Below, one piece after another: positions 10,979-26,139 of a DNA stretch of 64,000 nt. This DNA comes from Schizochytrium sp. TIO01 (taxonomy: Eukaryota > Protista > Bigyra: Labyrinthulomycetes). Position 1 is the first letter of the stretch; every line of letters begins with the position of its first letter. Where the stretch lies: assembly GCA_004764695.1 (NCBI GenBank), contig SMSO01000025.1, positions 2,914,001 through 2,978,000 of the forward strand, read 5' to 3'. A program made the position numbers and the translations under genes. The notes under the pieces are model-generated. The model did not search any database, was not told the origin of the DNA, and saw only the letters and a program-made list of their open reading frames with translations.

Positions 10979-13900
10979 TGTGTTCTTGTCTCGATTGCTC
11001 TAGCTCAGACGGCTTGATACGGATTTGAAGCTGTGAAGTATATGCACCAACAGCAGCAGCGGACTTACAGAGTAAGTGAGGTCTCAGCAAGCGGTGCTTC
11101 TCTCTGCGCACGAGAATAGGTTCAAGTGCTTACACAGGAGGCAACTGCTCACGCGTGTCGTGCCTGGTTTAACCTTGGTGTCTTCAACGGCGGACGGTAG
11201 AAGAATGAAGTGCTTGCAGGTAGTCTCTCACGTTTGCGGTGGCGGTGCAACTTGGTCGGAGAGTCCCCAAGCTTTCTGCAATGGTATTTAATGTATGAAT
11301 TTACGATTGTAATCGCTTGCTCGCGTACTCTGTTTTGTAAAACTAAAAGGTTTTGCCTACTTGAGAAAAACAAAACAAAACAAACACTTTTGTCTTCACA
11401 ACTTTTTCTCTTTCGACAATATACTCTCTTAGCAATCATGATGACTTATATTCTTATAAGTTTTTCAAATTAAAGAGAAGAATAATAATTTAGAGCTCAA
11501 AGTTAGAAAACAATACTTTTAAAAATCAATTAAAAAAATTAATATGCAACTGGATAAAAAGGGTTTCTTATACTTAATCATAACTAGAAACCTACATATG
11601 AATGCTATCCTTTAAAATGCTTTATTTTAAAATTTTATAGCATGAACAATATTTATTATATAATTTACATTACATTTTAAAATAAAATAGTGAGAGTGTG
11701 TAGCTTTTTACTTCTCTAAATATACAGATAATTTGATACTTTGCAATCAGGAAAATTGGGCAGGCCAGGAAGTTGTCACACTGCCGCCCTTACATCGGTC
11801 TGCGCTTGCTTCATCATTGCACTAATGAATTAAATACTTATTCAACAGCTTACGGATAAAGCTACCCCGCATCAAAGTATACTAGTGTTTCTCTAGACGC
11901 ACTCGCGCTTTTATATGTATTCTCTGCACATTTAGTAAAATCGCACGTGCTTTTCATCATTGCATTGTTTTTATAGATTGTCAATTTCTTGCGTTCTCTT
12001 GCCATGTGTCCCCTCACCCCTGCACCTTGATGCGTTCAACTTATTAGAGTGTGCTGCAGCCGTTCACTACACTATTGCCGGCTGGCACGCTCAAACTAAG
12101 GAAGGACGCTCACGAGTCGTGAATGGTACTCTAAATTGAAGATTTAGTCGATCTGCATTTCATATTGAGTTTTGCCCAGTTCTTGCAGCTCCTAACTGTC
12201 AGCATAGCTACTATTAGTACCTACCTGGTTTCATTCCAATACGCCACCATGCCGCTTCGAAATTCTGCACGTGCTGCCTGGATACATTTATAACGCATTG
12301 TCTCATTACACAGATACTCCACATCTATTTTACAAAATAAAATATTTTTAATTAGAAACATTTAGTATAAAAAAGAAGAAGGAAGGATAGTGTTAATAAA
12401 TAAAACAACGTCTACTGATTAAAAACGCACTATCCGTCATAAATAGTCAGCCGTTTTGAAGGCTTACCTTCTCATTCTTTGTCAGGTAACGCAAACTCGC
12501 TAGTTCTTGAGTTTTTTAAATTTTTTGTTTTCTAACAATCGCAGTGTAAGACGGAGCACCACGGACTCGCGACGAAGACTTGCGCGAACGAATAAATGAA
12601 AGCAACCCAATTAGGCTTTGTGGCTTCGCGCGCACACAGAGACACCTCTTGCACAAATTGAAGAGCTTTGGCGATGAATAGGGAGCGACCAAAAATAATG
12701 GTGTCACGCGATCGGGAGTCTTGAGCCCTGCAAAGAACTGCAATCACAGCTCTTGAAGATTTTCTTTCACCATGATGCTGCAATTTGTTCCTTCTGCCAG
12801 ACTTGATATCTATGAATGTGTGTATGTATTGCGCCAAAAGACGGTCACTCAGCGAGACATGCGCGCATTGCAACTACAACTACAAAGCATGTGCGGTAAT
12901 CAGCGCCTCTACACTCCTTCTCTGTCGAATTGCCAGCTTCGTGGAATCGCGCCTTTGGCCGCCATCCCATGTACCTTCAGTTCCCATTATTCAACAGCTC
13001 GAGCTTACAAAATAAATACGTGCGGCGATCGAGCGGCGCAAGCGCAACCTCCCGGCCAAAGCCTCTTGCGCTGAGTCAGTCGAGACGAGGAGAGGCGAGG
13101 CAAGGCAAGCCGAGACGAGCCCAGCCGAGCCACGGTGCTGGAGAACTAGCAGGTCCCTTCGAAGCCACTTGTGTCTTGGAGAAGAAGAGCAGCACTGGCG
13201 GTAAAGTGCACGAGGCCCTTTCCCATGGCCCCTTTTGCAGAGTAATTTCAATCGGTTTTTCTGAAGGATAAAAACACGGGGAAAAGAAGGAATTCTCAAA
13301 CTGTGGCATTGACCACGTCTTGAAAACTCAAGGTTGGGCACCAAGCCTTGGCAGGAGAAGCTCCATCGCAAGTGCAGGTTGAGCTCCTTTCAATCATGAA
13401 CATCGACAGGTTGACATGCTGATCTCCTGGTTTCAATCGCTCAGATGACCAGTTGCGCGGAGGCAAGAACAGCAGCAGCTCTCAATGAGCTTCGAACTCC
13501 CAACTAGGTACTATGGCGAGACAAAGATCCGGGGGCCGCCCGGTCGAACCTGTGGACCGCGGTGGTGCAGCTCTGCACGTGCCGCACGCATTCTACCCCC
13601 CCTAGCCCTTTTATTCTGATATTCCCCCCCCCAATATATGGTGAACCTTTCGCACCGTCTGACGTTCTGGATACGTCTCCTGGTGCGGCGCGTTTATCAA
13701 GAAGATCCTCACAGAATTGCAACATTTTCAAGAGGGGCTCCACTGGGGAATGGTCACTATTTGAACGACAGTGAAGCGGGGGTAATGAAGAACAACAGAG
13801 GCCACAGGGCACGATCGGGAGGCGCCGGACTCGAGGCGTGACAATAACCTCCTGGTGCGAGCAGGCACGAGCAGGATTGGTAGGGTGTGCACCCGACTGG

Positions 13901-16900
13901 TGCTAGTAGCAAATCCAATAGAAGCACCAAGTTCAAAGTCGAAGATCATGATCTTACGACTTGAGCTCGAAGGACCGGGAGGTACACAAATGGGGAGGTG
14001 TGCGACAGTGGATTATTGTCAATATTCCTGATGGATTTCGACAATGGCACTTGAAGAATTATAAGAGAGTTCTCTCAAGGGCAGCGGTGCTTGCTCGTAT
14101 GGCTGGTGGTAGGTAGGTTGGCGATAATTCTTGCCAAATCGATTTGTTCGGCAAAGAGACTTACATATCTGGGTGATTTTTACTTTTGAGAAATGACCCA
14201 AGTAGGTAACAACGAAACTTCTTGAACTTTTCAACTTTTCAGTTTTTTCTTCTTTCTTCTACAAATTTTTTAATCTTTAAATTTTAAACGTACTTGCCAG
14301 TACTAGTCTTGAGTCCCTGCGCTGTAAAAAAAAAGAAAAAGACTACAACCAAGCACAAATGATCAGCCAGCAAACGGAAAATTATGCCTCCGAAATTGTT
14401 TCTATCTATGAAATCTATGAAAATATTTAGAAGGTACTTCCTCCCTTCTGCGGATTTCAGAATAAGGGAGGCAAGTTAATATCGCTCCGTGATTTGGTTC
14501 GATAGCGGCGATGCCTACATATAATATACAAAAAGTTTATGATAGCGTGAGATTTTGGCTAGGTTTTGACTCAATACTTGCTCACATGAGACACTGTTGC
14601 GGAAGTGCAAATATAGGTTTCAGAAATGTATAGATCTACTTAAGTCGTCACCACCATCATGGCTCGAGCAAAAATTGAGGTGAGCAGGCTGCAATGAGTC
14701 TATGGGTGAAAGGCTCATTCAATAGCAAATTCGTAAAATCTCATTTTGCCTTTCGAATCCTGCTCCATTCTCAGTTTGAAATCTTAGATTGATTCCTATT
14801 ATTATACATATAATGGCACAGAAACATGAAAAGAAGAAAACTTGTTTGAAAATCATTATCGCTAGACCCGGAGCAAAACGATGGTTGTATTGCAACTGAA
14901 CCAGAGAAATAAAGAGAAAGTACAGTACATAATAAATAACTCAAAACATTGTTTTACATTCGAAACCTTGCAGAACGAACAGGAAACCCGGATCGAATTC
15001 ATAGCTCTAGACTCTGACACATCATGTCATTTGGCCATTTGCTAACAGTGTTAGATAAAACTCTCGCGACAAATTACCGCCACCTCAGTGTCTCTCTAAG
15101 TTTATATTAAACTTTGAAAACATTGGCATCACACAAACGTGACGTTTGTAGAAATCGAAATGATTGCACACTTCGTCCAAGAATTATGAAACATTTGATG
15201 TCCGTACTTTTAGTGACTCAACTCGCGTAATTCAGATTGTCTAACAAGAATCAGGTTGGGAGCTATTCCATATGTTTAGTTTGCAAAATCCCGCACGTCT
15301 TGCTTCCTTCACCTATAGCAAGATTGCAGGGAAACTCTTACACACTAGAGCAGAGTCCAAAAAAAGGTCATTTGGTGGCATGTCTACTATTGTTGTCAAT
15401 TTATCGACAGGCTCTATCTAAATAGAAGTCAAAATAAAACTTTCGAATATCGTTTACCACTACCTCGACGTTTACAGCCTCCTAGCCATTTGGTGCACAC
15501 CGTGGATTGAACTCAAGGGTGATGGGGACCGGCTCAATGCATCCCAAATATGAAATCATACATGTAATACTGTATACACGTATTTAAAAGATTGATATTC
15601 CTTTCATAATGCGGAATAATTGAAATTCGGTCGTAAGACTTGCTTCAGCCTTGCCTACCTGAAAACCTAACTCATTGGTAGAAAAGAGGAACTCAAAACC
15701 AGTGCCAGGGCAGTCTTGCTTATCAAGGTCATGTCGAATCTTGCAATTCCACCAGTCCTTTGCCCCCGAAACTGCGTTATTGCTGGATAGAAATACAACC
15801 GCAGTTCTATTAAACAAGTGCAATGGCCACGTCATCAAGCTCTCCGCGCTCAGTAGGTACGCCAAAATCCATTTAGTCTACCTGCCCGCCAAAGGGTGAC
15901 GAATTTTTAGATGCTTTGCTCCCACTAACAAAGATCTTTGAACGCTCGCAGAAGCTAAAGTCGAAGGCTCGAGTGCGCCTCTCCTCGGCATTCTTCCAAC
16001 GAAAACAAACAAGCCCAGCTTGAAGAAGGCGTGCGCTTGGATTTGGAAGGAGCTTGTTTCAAGGCAATCGACCCCACCAACTCTAAGAGCCGCAATCAAA
16101 ATGGCCAATCGCTAACTAGTTCTGTCTGCAATCTGAAGATTTCTAAGATCGCAAATTATTTCCACGTGGGAGCAGAAAGGAAAGACTACAGCAGAGCTTA
16201 TGTGGAAATGCAGCAAAGGGGGTGGAGTAGATTAAAAACCTTTCCCTTACTACCTTCAATGAGTTTTAACTTTTTTTCTTTTCTTTTTTTTCATCTAAAG
16301 ATTTTAATTCATTTGTTTATTTAGTTTAGTTTTTAATTTATAAAAATAAATGTTTAAATTCAATTAACAAACCATTGAAGTAAAAATAAGAAAGAAACTG
16401 CATAAGAATATTTCTATAACTGGAGCGATGTCAAACGACTGCAGAAATGAAGAATAAGTAATCTTACTAAATCACCAGAATGATTGCTGTCAGGAACAAA
16501 GGATGCTGGAAACCTTGCGAGTTCGGAAGGTGCATGGCTGCCAACTTTGGCAAAGTAGCAGCTTCAAATCGTGCGAGCGCGTAATATGCTGCTCCGCGCG
16601 TCCTTCGAATTTCGAAAGGAATCTCATGATACTCGCTTAGCTTTTGAAGGTGGCAAGGGCGAACAAACATAGGTATCATAGCCGAGCGCTTTTCGAGCAA
16701 GCCATTTCGGGACCTATCTGATCAAACTGGGTGCCGATCTCTCAAAAGGCGGTCGTTCGAATGGATTGAACATCGTAAGTCGATTCGCGAACATCCATAA
16801 TCAAGCCCTGAAGCGTCCGTGCCAAATTGTGAACGAGCTGCGATGCCACATCAGCTTCGTTGGTTCTAAAGCCGAGGTTGCTCGGACTTGCGAGTGGAGA

Positions 16901-19900
16901 GGGGTGTGCGCTGTACTCAGAGGTATAGAGGAGCTACCAGCAGCAGAATAGGGGTGGTAGTAGGTAGGTATATCTATTCCTTCAAGTTGGGCCGGGATGA
17001 CCATGCCCTCTTAAGTGCTGCCGTGAATTTCCAAAATTTTAAGAAAGATCTCCGAGTTTACTGATGCATTTGCTTACCGAGCACAAGGCTGATCTTGGTG
17101 CTACAATGCCTGATTTTATAAAATAGGAGTTCGAGTTCTTACGAATTAACGCTCCAAAATTTCTTCAGGTAAGACAAAAGACTGCAAACTTCCTGATCTA
17201 AAACGTTCCTCGTGCCTGAAATCTTTGGTGAGAGTGCTAAAGATCAAACCGTTGATTTAACTGGGTTTATTCTGAAGACTTGGGAGCTAGAGAGCAAACT
17301 ATGCGGGTCGTGCTAGTTTCAGATATTTCAGAAGAACATCTATCAAGTTGAATAAAAGAAGTGATTAAAACATGTATGTGCTTTGTTCACCCACCATTCA
17401 TTTATGTGGCGAATAATTGTAGGAATGCCACCATTTTGCAATCCAGGAGCAGTGGAATAGAATGCAAATGCCATTTAACCTAGGAAATATCAACCTTTTT
17501 CAAACAAAAGTACAATCAGTAAGTTATCCAGAAATGGTGGAGAAAAGGCTTGATTTTACTGCCGCTGAATTTCCGAAGGGATGCGAAACCAGCAATACAA
17601 GTTTGGAGTTACCAGTTATGGATAGCAGATAATCAATTACAAGAGCTCAATTCATTTATGAAAAAAATAAATCATGAACTTGCTCCAGGGCTTCGTCGTA
17701 GGAAACTTGTTTAAATGAGGCAATTTTAAATGTATCATTTAACAATTATTTTCTTCTGTAATCTTGAGAACCCCACATTAAGTTTAATGTCCCATCATCA
17801 ACATCGTTCAATTTTAAAACCTGTGAAAGTGGTTGGCATTTGCTACATAATACCGTGATATTACTAGAACATTCTAGTTGACATGCTCGTGAGGAGGGAC
17901 AAAAATATTTAGCGCGAAGGATTGCCATACTTCACACTGCAGTTAAATTGATATTTCAACCTCAGCTATGCAAGGTTAAGCGACCTAAAAATAATGCCAT
18001 GAGGTGATACTTTGTGCATGTGCTTCAACCTAGAGAGCCGGAAATCAATAAATCATTTTGCAACCCACGTTTCAAAATTAAAAATCTTTAAGTTATTATT
18101 TCAAATAACAATAGTAAAGTGCACTGCCAGTGGTATCCCACTGTTTTCGCTTGGTAACCAATTACTGTTCCCTTTCCACGAACTTTGAAACGTCTTCAGC
18201 CGGTCCCTGTTGTGCCTTCGTTGAGCCATGAGAGTCGAAGCTAAGTCTTGATTTTCCAAGCTCCAGTTGTTATTGAACCTCGAAAAGCATATAGCCGTCC
18301 GAAGGGTTTCCATTGTGCGGCCGCCAGCCTCCTTTTAGCGTTTCTCATTCTCCAGTACCTCATTTATTCATTCATTCATTCATTCATCCATTCATTCATT
18401 CACTCTCTTTGGCTGAATGTCCACGCGAACAAATCCCGAGCTACGAACAGGAGATCCAAGTTTACCCCCTACCCCTCACACTTTGGCCTTCCTAAACGTC
18501 GAGCTATAGTGAGAAGTACAGGGAAGGGCATTAAGAGATTCTTTTTGCGCGTCACCATTATCCTTGATGATTTCTTGCAATTTTGCGAACAAACACTGTG
18601 CAACAGGTTTCATCGGGTGCTCTTGGGTCCTGTACTCTTCGCACGGAGCGCGTTAAATTAGAAAACCACCCCTGTTTGGTGCCGTGATAATGCTGGACAA
18701 GGCGGTCGCGAGATAAGCAGTGCTCACAAAATTGCTGACTGCAGAAGGCCGCAGTAGTAATACCAATTTGCGCAGATGAAGTTTTAGTTCTTGAAGAGCT
18801 TAATGAGCGACTGAACAAGTTCTTCAAGAGTTCAAGTATTTTCAGCCTTCAACTAATGTATGTATTAACAAAGACTAGTCCTGATCCTTGATATTTCCTG
18901 TGATGGTTGAGTGGCGATGTAGTACTGAGAAATACTTTTGGTAAAATTACGAGAAGCGCGCTGTAGTTCAATATCATTATAATTTCTGTTTTAGACGTCT
19001 TTTTTTCTTTTTCTTTTTTTAAAGCGACCCCAGTGTCCAAGTCTTGAGGGTAAAGTAAAGAAGAAAGCACAAACAGTAAAAACAACGACTTTGTTTAAAC
19101 TTAAAAGCATTGAGTCGAAATATACAACTACATCGTTTCTCTGACCTGACTCAAATGATATTAAGAGAGATGGAAATCGCTCGAGATGTGTTCCGGTGTC
19201 TCCACTGTCAGGAAGTGTCAACCCTACAGAAGACCTCCCTCAGGTGCCACTGTGCTTTTTGTTTTCCTCTGTAATGCAAGCATTCACTCAAGTGCCTAGG
19301 AGGCACTTGCATATGCCTTCATGCAGAGATGGGTCTCTCCCTTTTCATTTTCTGCCGCGAATCAGCACGATCAACGCGAGATTTCAACCTTCTTGAGGTA
19401 TTCCAAGCCAATGAGGTAACCCCGCACTCGTGATCAGCGACAGAGGCAGCCTCTGATCGGTTGATCGATCGCCCTGAAGCGAATCTCAACTCAACTTTCT
19501 TTCAGAAGCCAAACCCAGTTCAAGCATGGGTAGTTCCCATTCCTCCTGCGAGGGAGGAGAAACTCAGATCTCACCTCCAATGATATGTCATTTTCAGATA
19601 AAATACATAGGTAGGTAGGCAGATATAGATACCGCTATAACCATTTGGAGGCAATGGCCACAATTGCCACTTTAGGCACCGGCGACGCTGAATTCACTAT
19701 GTCTACTACCCATTAGCTAGCTGGCGGTTCCAAGTCTTTAAAAGGATCGTCACCATCTTTGTCGCTATGATCCAAAGTTCGACCCGATCGATTGCAGATC
19801 CACTCCACTCCATTCCATTGCACCACTGATTTGATTTTCCGGCAATGATGTGTTTTCAGGATGTGCGAGCGAGCGAGCGAGCCAATCAATCAATTAAAAC

Positions 19901-21538
19901 AAAGGCGGACTTCGGTCTCTCACGATGGGTGGCTCTTAGGCGCCTTTCTCGCACGTTTCGGAGCAGGTCTTCGGCAGGGATTGAGGTTCGCTCGAGTTAA
20001 GCTCGAAGGCTTTCTTGTTGGCAGCAAAGATCTTCTTCGCCCACGCGGTTCTTACAACCCATATAATATTCCCAACATGAGGTCCTCAGGAACTGCACGC
20101 TCCAGAACACCCAGTATACACCCTTCGAGGAGGTCAGATCCCGGGCTCGAAGCGTAGTTCCGGGGTGTACTTTCGAACAGTAGGGTGAGAACTATCTTCG
20201 GGCGTGGCAAAGAGGCGAACCACCCATCTTTAGCTGTCCGCCAAGCTTTCGCGATGCGCAGAGACCGCCACTTTCTCGAAGCTTTCAAGCACATCGGCTG
20301 AGTCCGACACCGCTTCTAAGCAGGAGCAGGAAAGCAGATCTCTCCGTGCCTCCCAATCTAAACATTACTCACACTCGCGGTGGCTCTGCTTTCCCAACGC
20401 TTTGACTTCGCTCGTGTTATCATGTTATCAAAAAGAACTTGATTCTTTATAGGTATTTTCAATCTTAAAAACAAAGTTTGACTTAAAACCTTTAATCAAA
20501 CTTGCTTACGACTACAGAAGAAAAGGAAAAAGAAAAGAAAAAGGAAATAGGCATACGCATCGAATGTGTTTCTGCGTGCGGATGAACTGCCTATCGAAAG
20601 CTTTCAAAGTGCAAAGTGGCTGATTGGCTGCGGTTGTATTGCCGTGCCGGCCCTGGCGCGGCGTGACGGACTGTCTCTGTCTGCGACGCGAGGGCCGCCT
20701 CGGCGCTCCTCTCTCTCTCTTTCTTGCTTGCTTGCTTGAAGAAGAGAAGATCTTGAGGATTTCGATGCACGAAAGAGAAGGGAAATAGAAAGTAAAATAA
20801 AAATAAAAAAGAAGTGTCGCCTTTAAATCAAGCCAAGAGAAAGTTCGTGCCACTTCCAACTGACAAAAGTTTTTTTTTTCTTCTTCTTCTTTATCTTTTT
20901 AAAATATAAATAAAATGTTTTACAATGTTTATTTTACTTTAGTTTAAAATTATACATTAGAAAAATTAACTATAATGGAAATGAAAGTGGGAAAGACACA
21001 TCTATCTAGAACCAAGCTAGCTATTTCTCGGAAGGCATCAAGTTTTTTTTTAATCTGGCCATCTCCAGAAAGAAGAAGCGACGTACCTGTTCTAAGTAGT
21101 TATAACTTTTTTCAATTTTTATTAAATCACGGTTCCAGCGGCGGAGGCCTAGCGCGACATAGAGGCTACGCATAGGCCTGCGAGTGGTATATGTTTTCCG
21201 CGGAATGAGATGCAAGAACGAACACGATGATGCGACGAGGAAATGTCGGGACAGAAGCAGTGTAAGGAAGCGATCGATGAGATGGAAAAGCAAACAAACC
21301 TGCGACACACCACCCTCACTAAGAAGAGGGCCGAGTCTCTCCATGCCGCATTTCGCAAACACGGGACGCCTTCCTTTCAAAGAAACACGCTAAAGAGGGA
21401 AAAGCTAAGCACCCGCAACTGCGCTTTGTCCCCCTACGGCGAAGCACGAACGGATCGAAGGGCTCCTTTTGGCTCAAGTCCCTCCGCAAACCAAATCAAA
21501 GCAGAGACAAATAAATACTCACCAAGAAAGGAAAGTAC

Positions 21539-21540
<2 letters not shown>

Positions 21541-21602
<62 letters not shown>

Positions 21603-21604
21603 AA
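21541..21604. repeat. (GAAA)16 microsatellite followed by degenerate purine-rich repeats
   Basis: Read directly from sequence. Confidence 0.95.
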
Positions 21605-24600
21605 ATGAAAAGGAAGAAAATGAAAAGGAAGAAAAGGAAAAGAAAGAAAAGGAAAAGAAAGCACCATCACAGCAGGAATATGGATCATACGCCCGACGAA
21701 CTCGGAGTGCACCGGCTCACTAAGGTGCAAAGTAGAAGATATTAGGATTGCGCAGACACAAGACAGAGCGCCCGCCGTCAGCTACGGCAAAAGCCGCGCC
21801 TAAGATCCTGGGAGACGCCTCAGGCAGCGTCGGCGCCCTGGCAGAGGCAGGATTCGTCTCCCTGCGACGGGTCTTGATCGTTGAACTCAGTTGAGCGTGC
21901 ATTGATTGCTTGCTTTTTTTAATTCATTCTTATTCTATTTTTTTAAAATTCTTTTTTAGAGTGTGTTTTCACGCACTTGCTTTTTGTCTGTCTGTCTGAC
22001 AGACTGCGGCTTTGGTTGCAGAGAACTGCAGACAAGACAGAACAGAGGCGCAGCTTTTGCGCAGGCACAGCTGAGTGAAGAAACATCGCCATCACGAGGC
22101 AGGAAACACTGGTCGGCTGACGATGGGCTGGCTGGTTTCGCAAACTATGCTGCAGGAATAATATAGGGGAAGGGGCCACCTGCACGTGCTTTCCTCACTC
22201 CGATACCCATGAGGATGAGTTTTGTTCAGTGCGCAAGGTTGGATCTTTTTCATGGAATGTCCCAGGTTTTGTTGTAGCGGTATCTTTGTAGAGACCCTGG
22301 AAAAGGAGCTCCCTGGTGAAGAATGAAATGAATGATTCAATACAACCGCAGGGCAATTTGCTAGTAGCGAGTGCTTAAATTTACCCTCGATTGGAATTGA
22401 AAGAACAAATTGCACCTGCCAGTGACCTGTGTTTTCGTATCCAACTTCTGTGGATCGCCTGAGATTGCTGAGTTTTCTTTCTTTCTCTCTTTACTTCTTT
22501 TATTATTTTAAATGGATTATAGATGACATGTAGTACGTAGATCAGAAAAGCATATTCGAATTTGACTAGTTACCTCTGGAAGCTTGCCGAGCTATCATTT
22601 CAAAGAGAACTAATCGATGATTTTGAGTTCATTAAGTGCGAAGGATTCTGATTAGTTCAAGAGCTCGCACCAAGAGACATAAGATTCGAAAATATAGCTT
22701 CAGGTTGAATCGAGATTTCAATTACAGCATTAATGCAAAAGAATCACATAAAACTGCAGTATATGAACGATCACCTTATGAATTGTCCTTGAGACATTCG
22801 CCAATGCCACCAACATTTACTCTTTAGCTAGAGTTAAACATTAAAAAAAATTGTACTATGATATTTATTCACGACACATGCAGAAGACATTAAAACCGCC
22901 CACATAGGTGACAAGACAATTGTGTCCTTGCAAGAATTACTCTATTTAACCGACCATTTACTTGCCTGTCAGGTGAAGTGGGGAAAACAAGTCCCTTTAC
23001 ACAATCAATTCGGGGGACTTACATTTCAATCACATCCAGAAACGTAGCTAGAAACTTGAACTCATGAGGTTCTTGAAATGTCCCATTGGTAGAGCATCTG
23101 TGGAGGGTTGAATTCAGGAAAGTCTGCTCCTGTGCCTTTTCGTAGCACTCTGTAGATGCGAACTTCTTATATCGAGAACCAAAACGAGTGGGAACGACAA
23201 TAGGAACGGCTAATAGCTAACAGGAAGCAAATGCAGCAGCCTCGTCATTAGCAAGTCCCAGAATTTAACTTTTACAAGCCAGTTTTTTTTCAACTTACAC
23301 GGGCAGATTTCTTGATTTCACAGCTTAAGAACGCCCGCGCTAAGGCTGGCGTCCCCGGTAAATCGATTTGACAGTCCTTTCAATCCTTATCGAGCAGGCC
23401 CGAAGTGCGAGTGATGTGCTTTGCCGTATTGATCCATAATTACGACCCGTTCAAGATGGTTCCCAAACTTGATCTTTTCCTCTCTCGAGTCTGTTTGCAA
23501 AGTCACAAAAGTGCTACGAAGCACCTGGGAAACGGATTAACAGAAATGGTTGGTGTTAAAGTTAAAACTACTTTTTACTTTTACTTTTACTTTACTTTTC
23601 TTCTTTCTTGGAAATCTTTTTTTCATGGACCGTGGGCAAATGCGCAAGATTGCATTCATTCATTCCCTCTTTCAATCCGAAGTTTCCTCCTCAGGGAGCC
23701 TCAAACCGATTGCCACATAGCACACAGCCCGATCGCTGGATAGACCAATGGGTGAATGGATGGATGGATGGATGTGGAATTGATAAGTACATGCATACAT
23801 GCATCATCGTCTATGCACGCGCATCGATCCTTCGACAGAGGTGCAGCATTTGCCCAGAATCTTTCAGGCCTCTTTCATAAACCTCGCTGCTTTACATTCA
23901 ATATCAGTGTATCTTTTAAGATACGATACTTGCACTTGAAAACAACTTGAACCAACCAACCACTGACTGGTCGCATTGGCAACTTGAGGTTTAGTAGTGT
24001 CTTGAAAACTCCAACCGGAGTTGGCAAACCTGCGCAAAGTGCCGCGCTCAGCGCGTTCAAGCTGGATCTCCGCTCGATCGTAAGCTACGTGCTGCCGACT
24101 TGGTGTAATGCTTCCAGGTTCCGCTTTCCCAGGTATCACATACAAAGTTCCACTGCTTCATCAATCAATGCCACTCTTCTTTTACAAGAACAAGAACAAG
24201 AGCCAAAAGCTCCTGAAAACCGACAGTGAAAAGCTCATTCATTCATTCTGCATTGTGATACTGCGCAAATACACTCCTATTGCAATTGCAATTAATTGCA
24301 ATAATCCGAGTGCGAAGAAAGCGCTGCAGTCGAAGCGACGATCATTCATTCATTCACCCATTCATTCACCCCATCGACAGAGTGCGAAGAGATCTTCGTC
24401 CGCGCTGCGACTGGGCAACTCACTCCCACGGGGGGCGATGGACCCCTTCTCTCGTGGCATTTCTCTGCGCAGCTCTGTCGCCTGAGCAAAACGACCCTCT
24501 GCTGAAGTCGAAGTGGCGCCAATTGCATTCTCTCCGTCCTTTTTTTGCAGTCAGTGTCTTCTTTTGGCCCATCTTCTTCGCCGTCCTTCTCTCAATATCG

Positions 24601-26081
24601 CACCTTTCCTCTCAGGCTTTCTTGGTAAACTATTATTACTATTATGAGCTAAATTAAAGAAACTAAAACTATACTCATCAGGAAAAACCTTTTGCGACTT
24701 TTTATAGATAGATAAAATGATACCTCTCTATAATCCCATAAGCGCCTAACGACGCCTACGTAGCTAGCAATAGGAAGCACGTCCTACGGGACCCTAGCTA
24801 CTGCTAGCGTCTACGTAGCACTACTTACCAGCAGTGCTACTCCGTCTGATCCAAGCGCCCTCTCTCTGAAGCGCGTAATGCGCGCCGCGAGCAGGAGGGA
24901 CGGACCGCAATGGTCCCACAGCGCCTCTCTATGCCAAGAGTTCTTCCTTCCTTCCTTCCTTTCTTTCTTGGCTCTTAGCTCTTCGCTTTGAGCTCTTTCC
25001 TCTTTTCTTCTCTGTTTCCGTCGCGGTCCTTTGTTGCAGTCGAGTTCAAGAATTGGTTTGGACTCTGGGTCTGCGCGGCTGGAAGCGAAAGAAGGCCGCA
25101 GAGAAGAGCAGGAGCGGCGCCGAGGGAGCGGAAAGGCCAATCAATTCCTCTGCTGCTCTGAAGATGGAAGCCATCCATAGATTGAAAGAAAGCAGGCCGG
25201 GAAGAAAGAAGGGCGCAATCAGATTCGCCCGTCGCCGCTTCCTTTCTTCTCGATCGAGCTAAGTTGATAAGAACAGCACTATGTTTACTTCCACTTTCTA
25301 AGTTTTTAATTTTTTGCTTTTTAATTTTTTTAATTAATCGAAATAGAATGAAGACAAGATATAATGAAATTATTAAATTAGAAAAGAAGCTGCCTTGTGA
25401 CTCATATATATCCGCAAATAGAAAGAAAGAAAGAAAGAAAGAAGCTCCTCCCTTCCTTCCACTTGCCTGCTTTCTTCCGCCAGAGCAGAGACACACTGTC
25501 TCTTTCCCAACCTCCCTTACTCCTCCTTTTTTTCACAATGACCAGAAACTTCTTCAAGGCTCGAAAGATCGACGGCACCCAAAGCTCTCTGCTCTTCTCT
25601 TCTCAAAGCCTGCGCCGCCAAGCAAGGAGCTGCCTGCATATCGATGTACTATCTGATTTGATTTCACCTGATCTGCCCGCTTCTGCCTCTTTCAACCTCA
25701 GTTTCTCTCTATCTTTCCTTCGCAGTCGTCCGTCGTTCTTTTCGCCTCTGCTGTTCTATTTGTCGAGGCTTCCGTTCCTTCTCCTCGCCGTTCTGTTCTC
25801 CTTTCCATCCCTCGGCGGAGGAGGAACGCCTAATAAAAATGAGCAATTGATTGATGATTTATCATACAGAAGGAGAGAGAGAGTCCTCCTTCGCGAGGCA
25901 TCTCTGCCTGCGAGGCGCGAGCGGGGAACGGCGCGAGAAATCGCCTCGAGGACGGCGTCAGCGGCTGCGACCCCCACCCTCGCTGACGGCCTTTGCAGCG
26001 CTGGAGGCTCCGCCGCCCGCTCGTCTCGAGGCGCAGCGATGGATGCCGTGGTCTTTGCCTCTGCAGGTAACAAGTACTTTC

Positions 26082-26139
26082 TGAGAGGAACGCCTCTTGA
26101 GAGAACGCCTCTTGAGAGGAACGCCTCTTGAGAGAACGC
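26082..26139. repeat. Alternating 16/15-bp tandem repeat TGAGAG(G)AACGCCTCT, about 3.7 units
   Basis: Units at 26082, 26098, 26113 and 26129 (partial). Confidence 0.9.

Noticed and set aside
11031-11068. GTAAGT...CAG on the minus strand in the GS-A leader (possible 5'UTR intron)
   Set aside because: Only 38 nt, probably too short, and unsupported without transcript data
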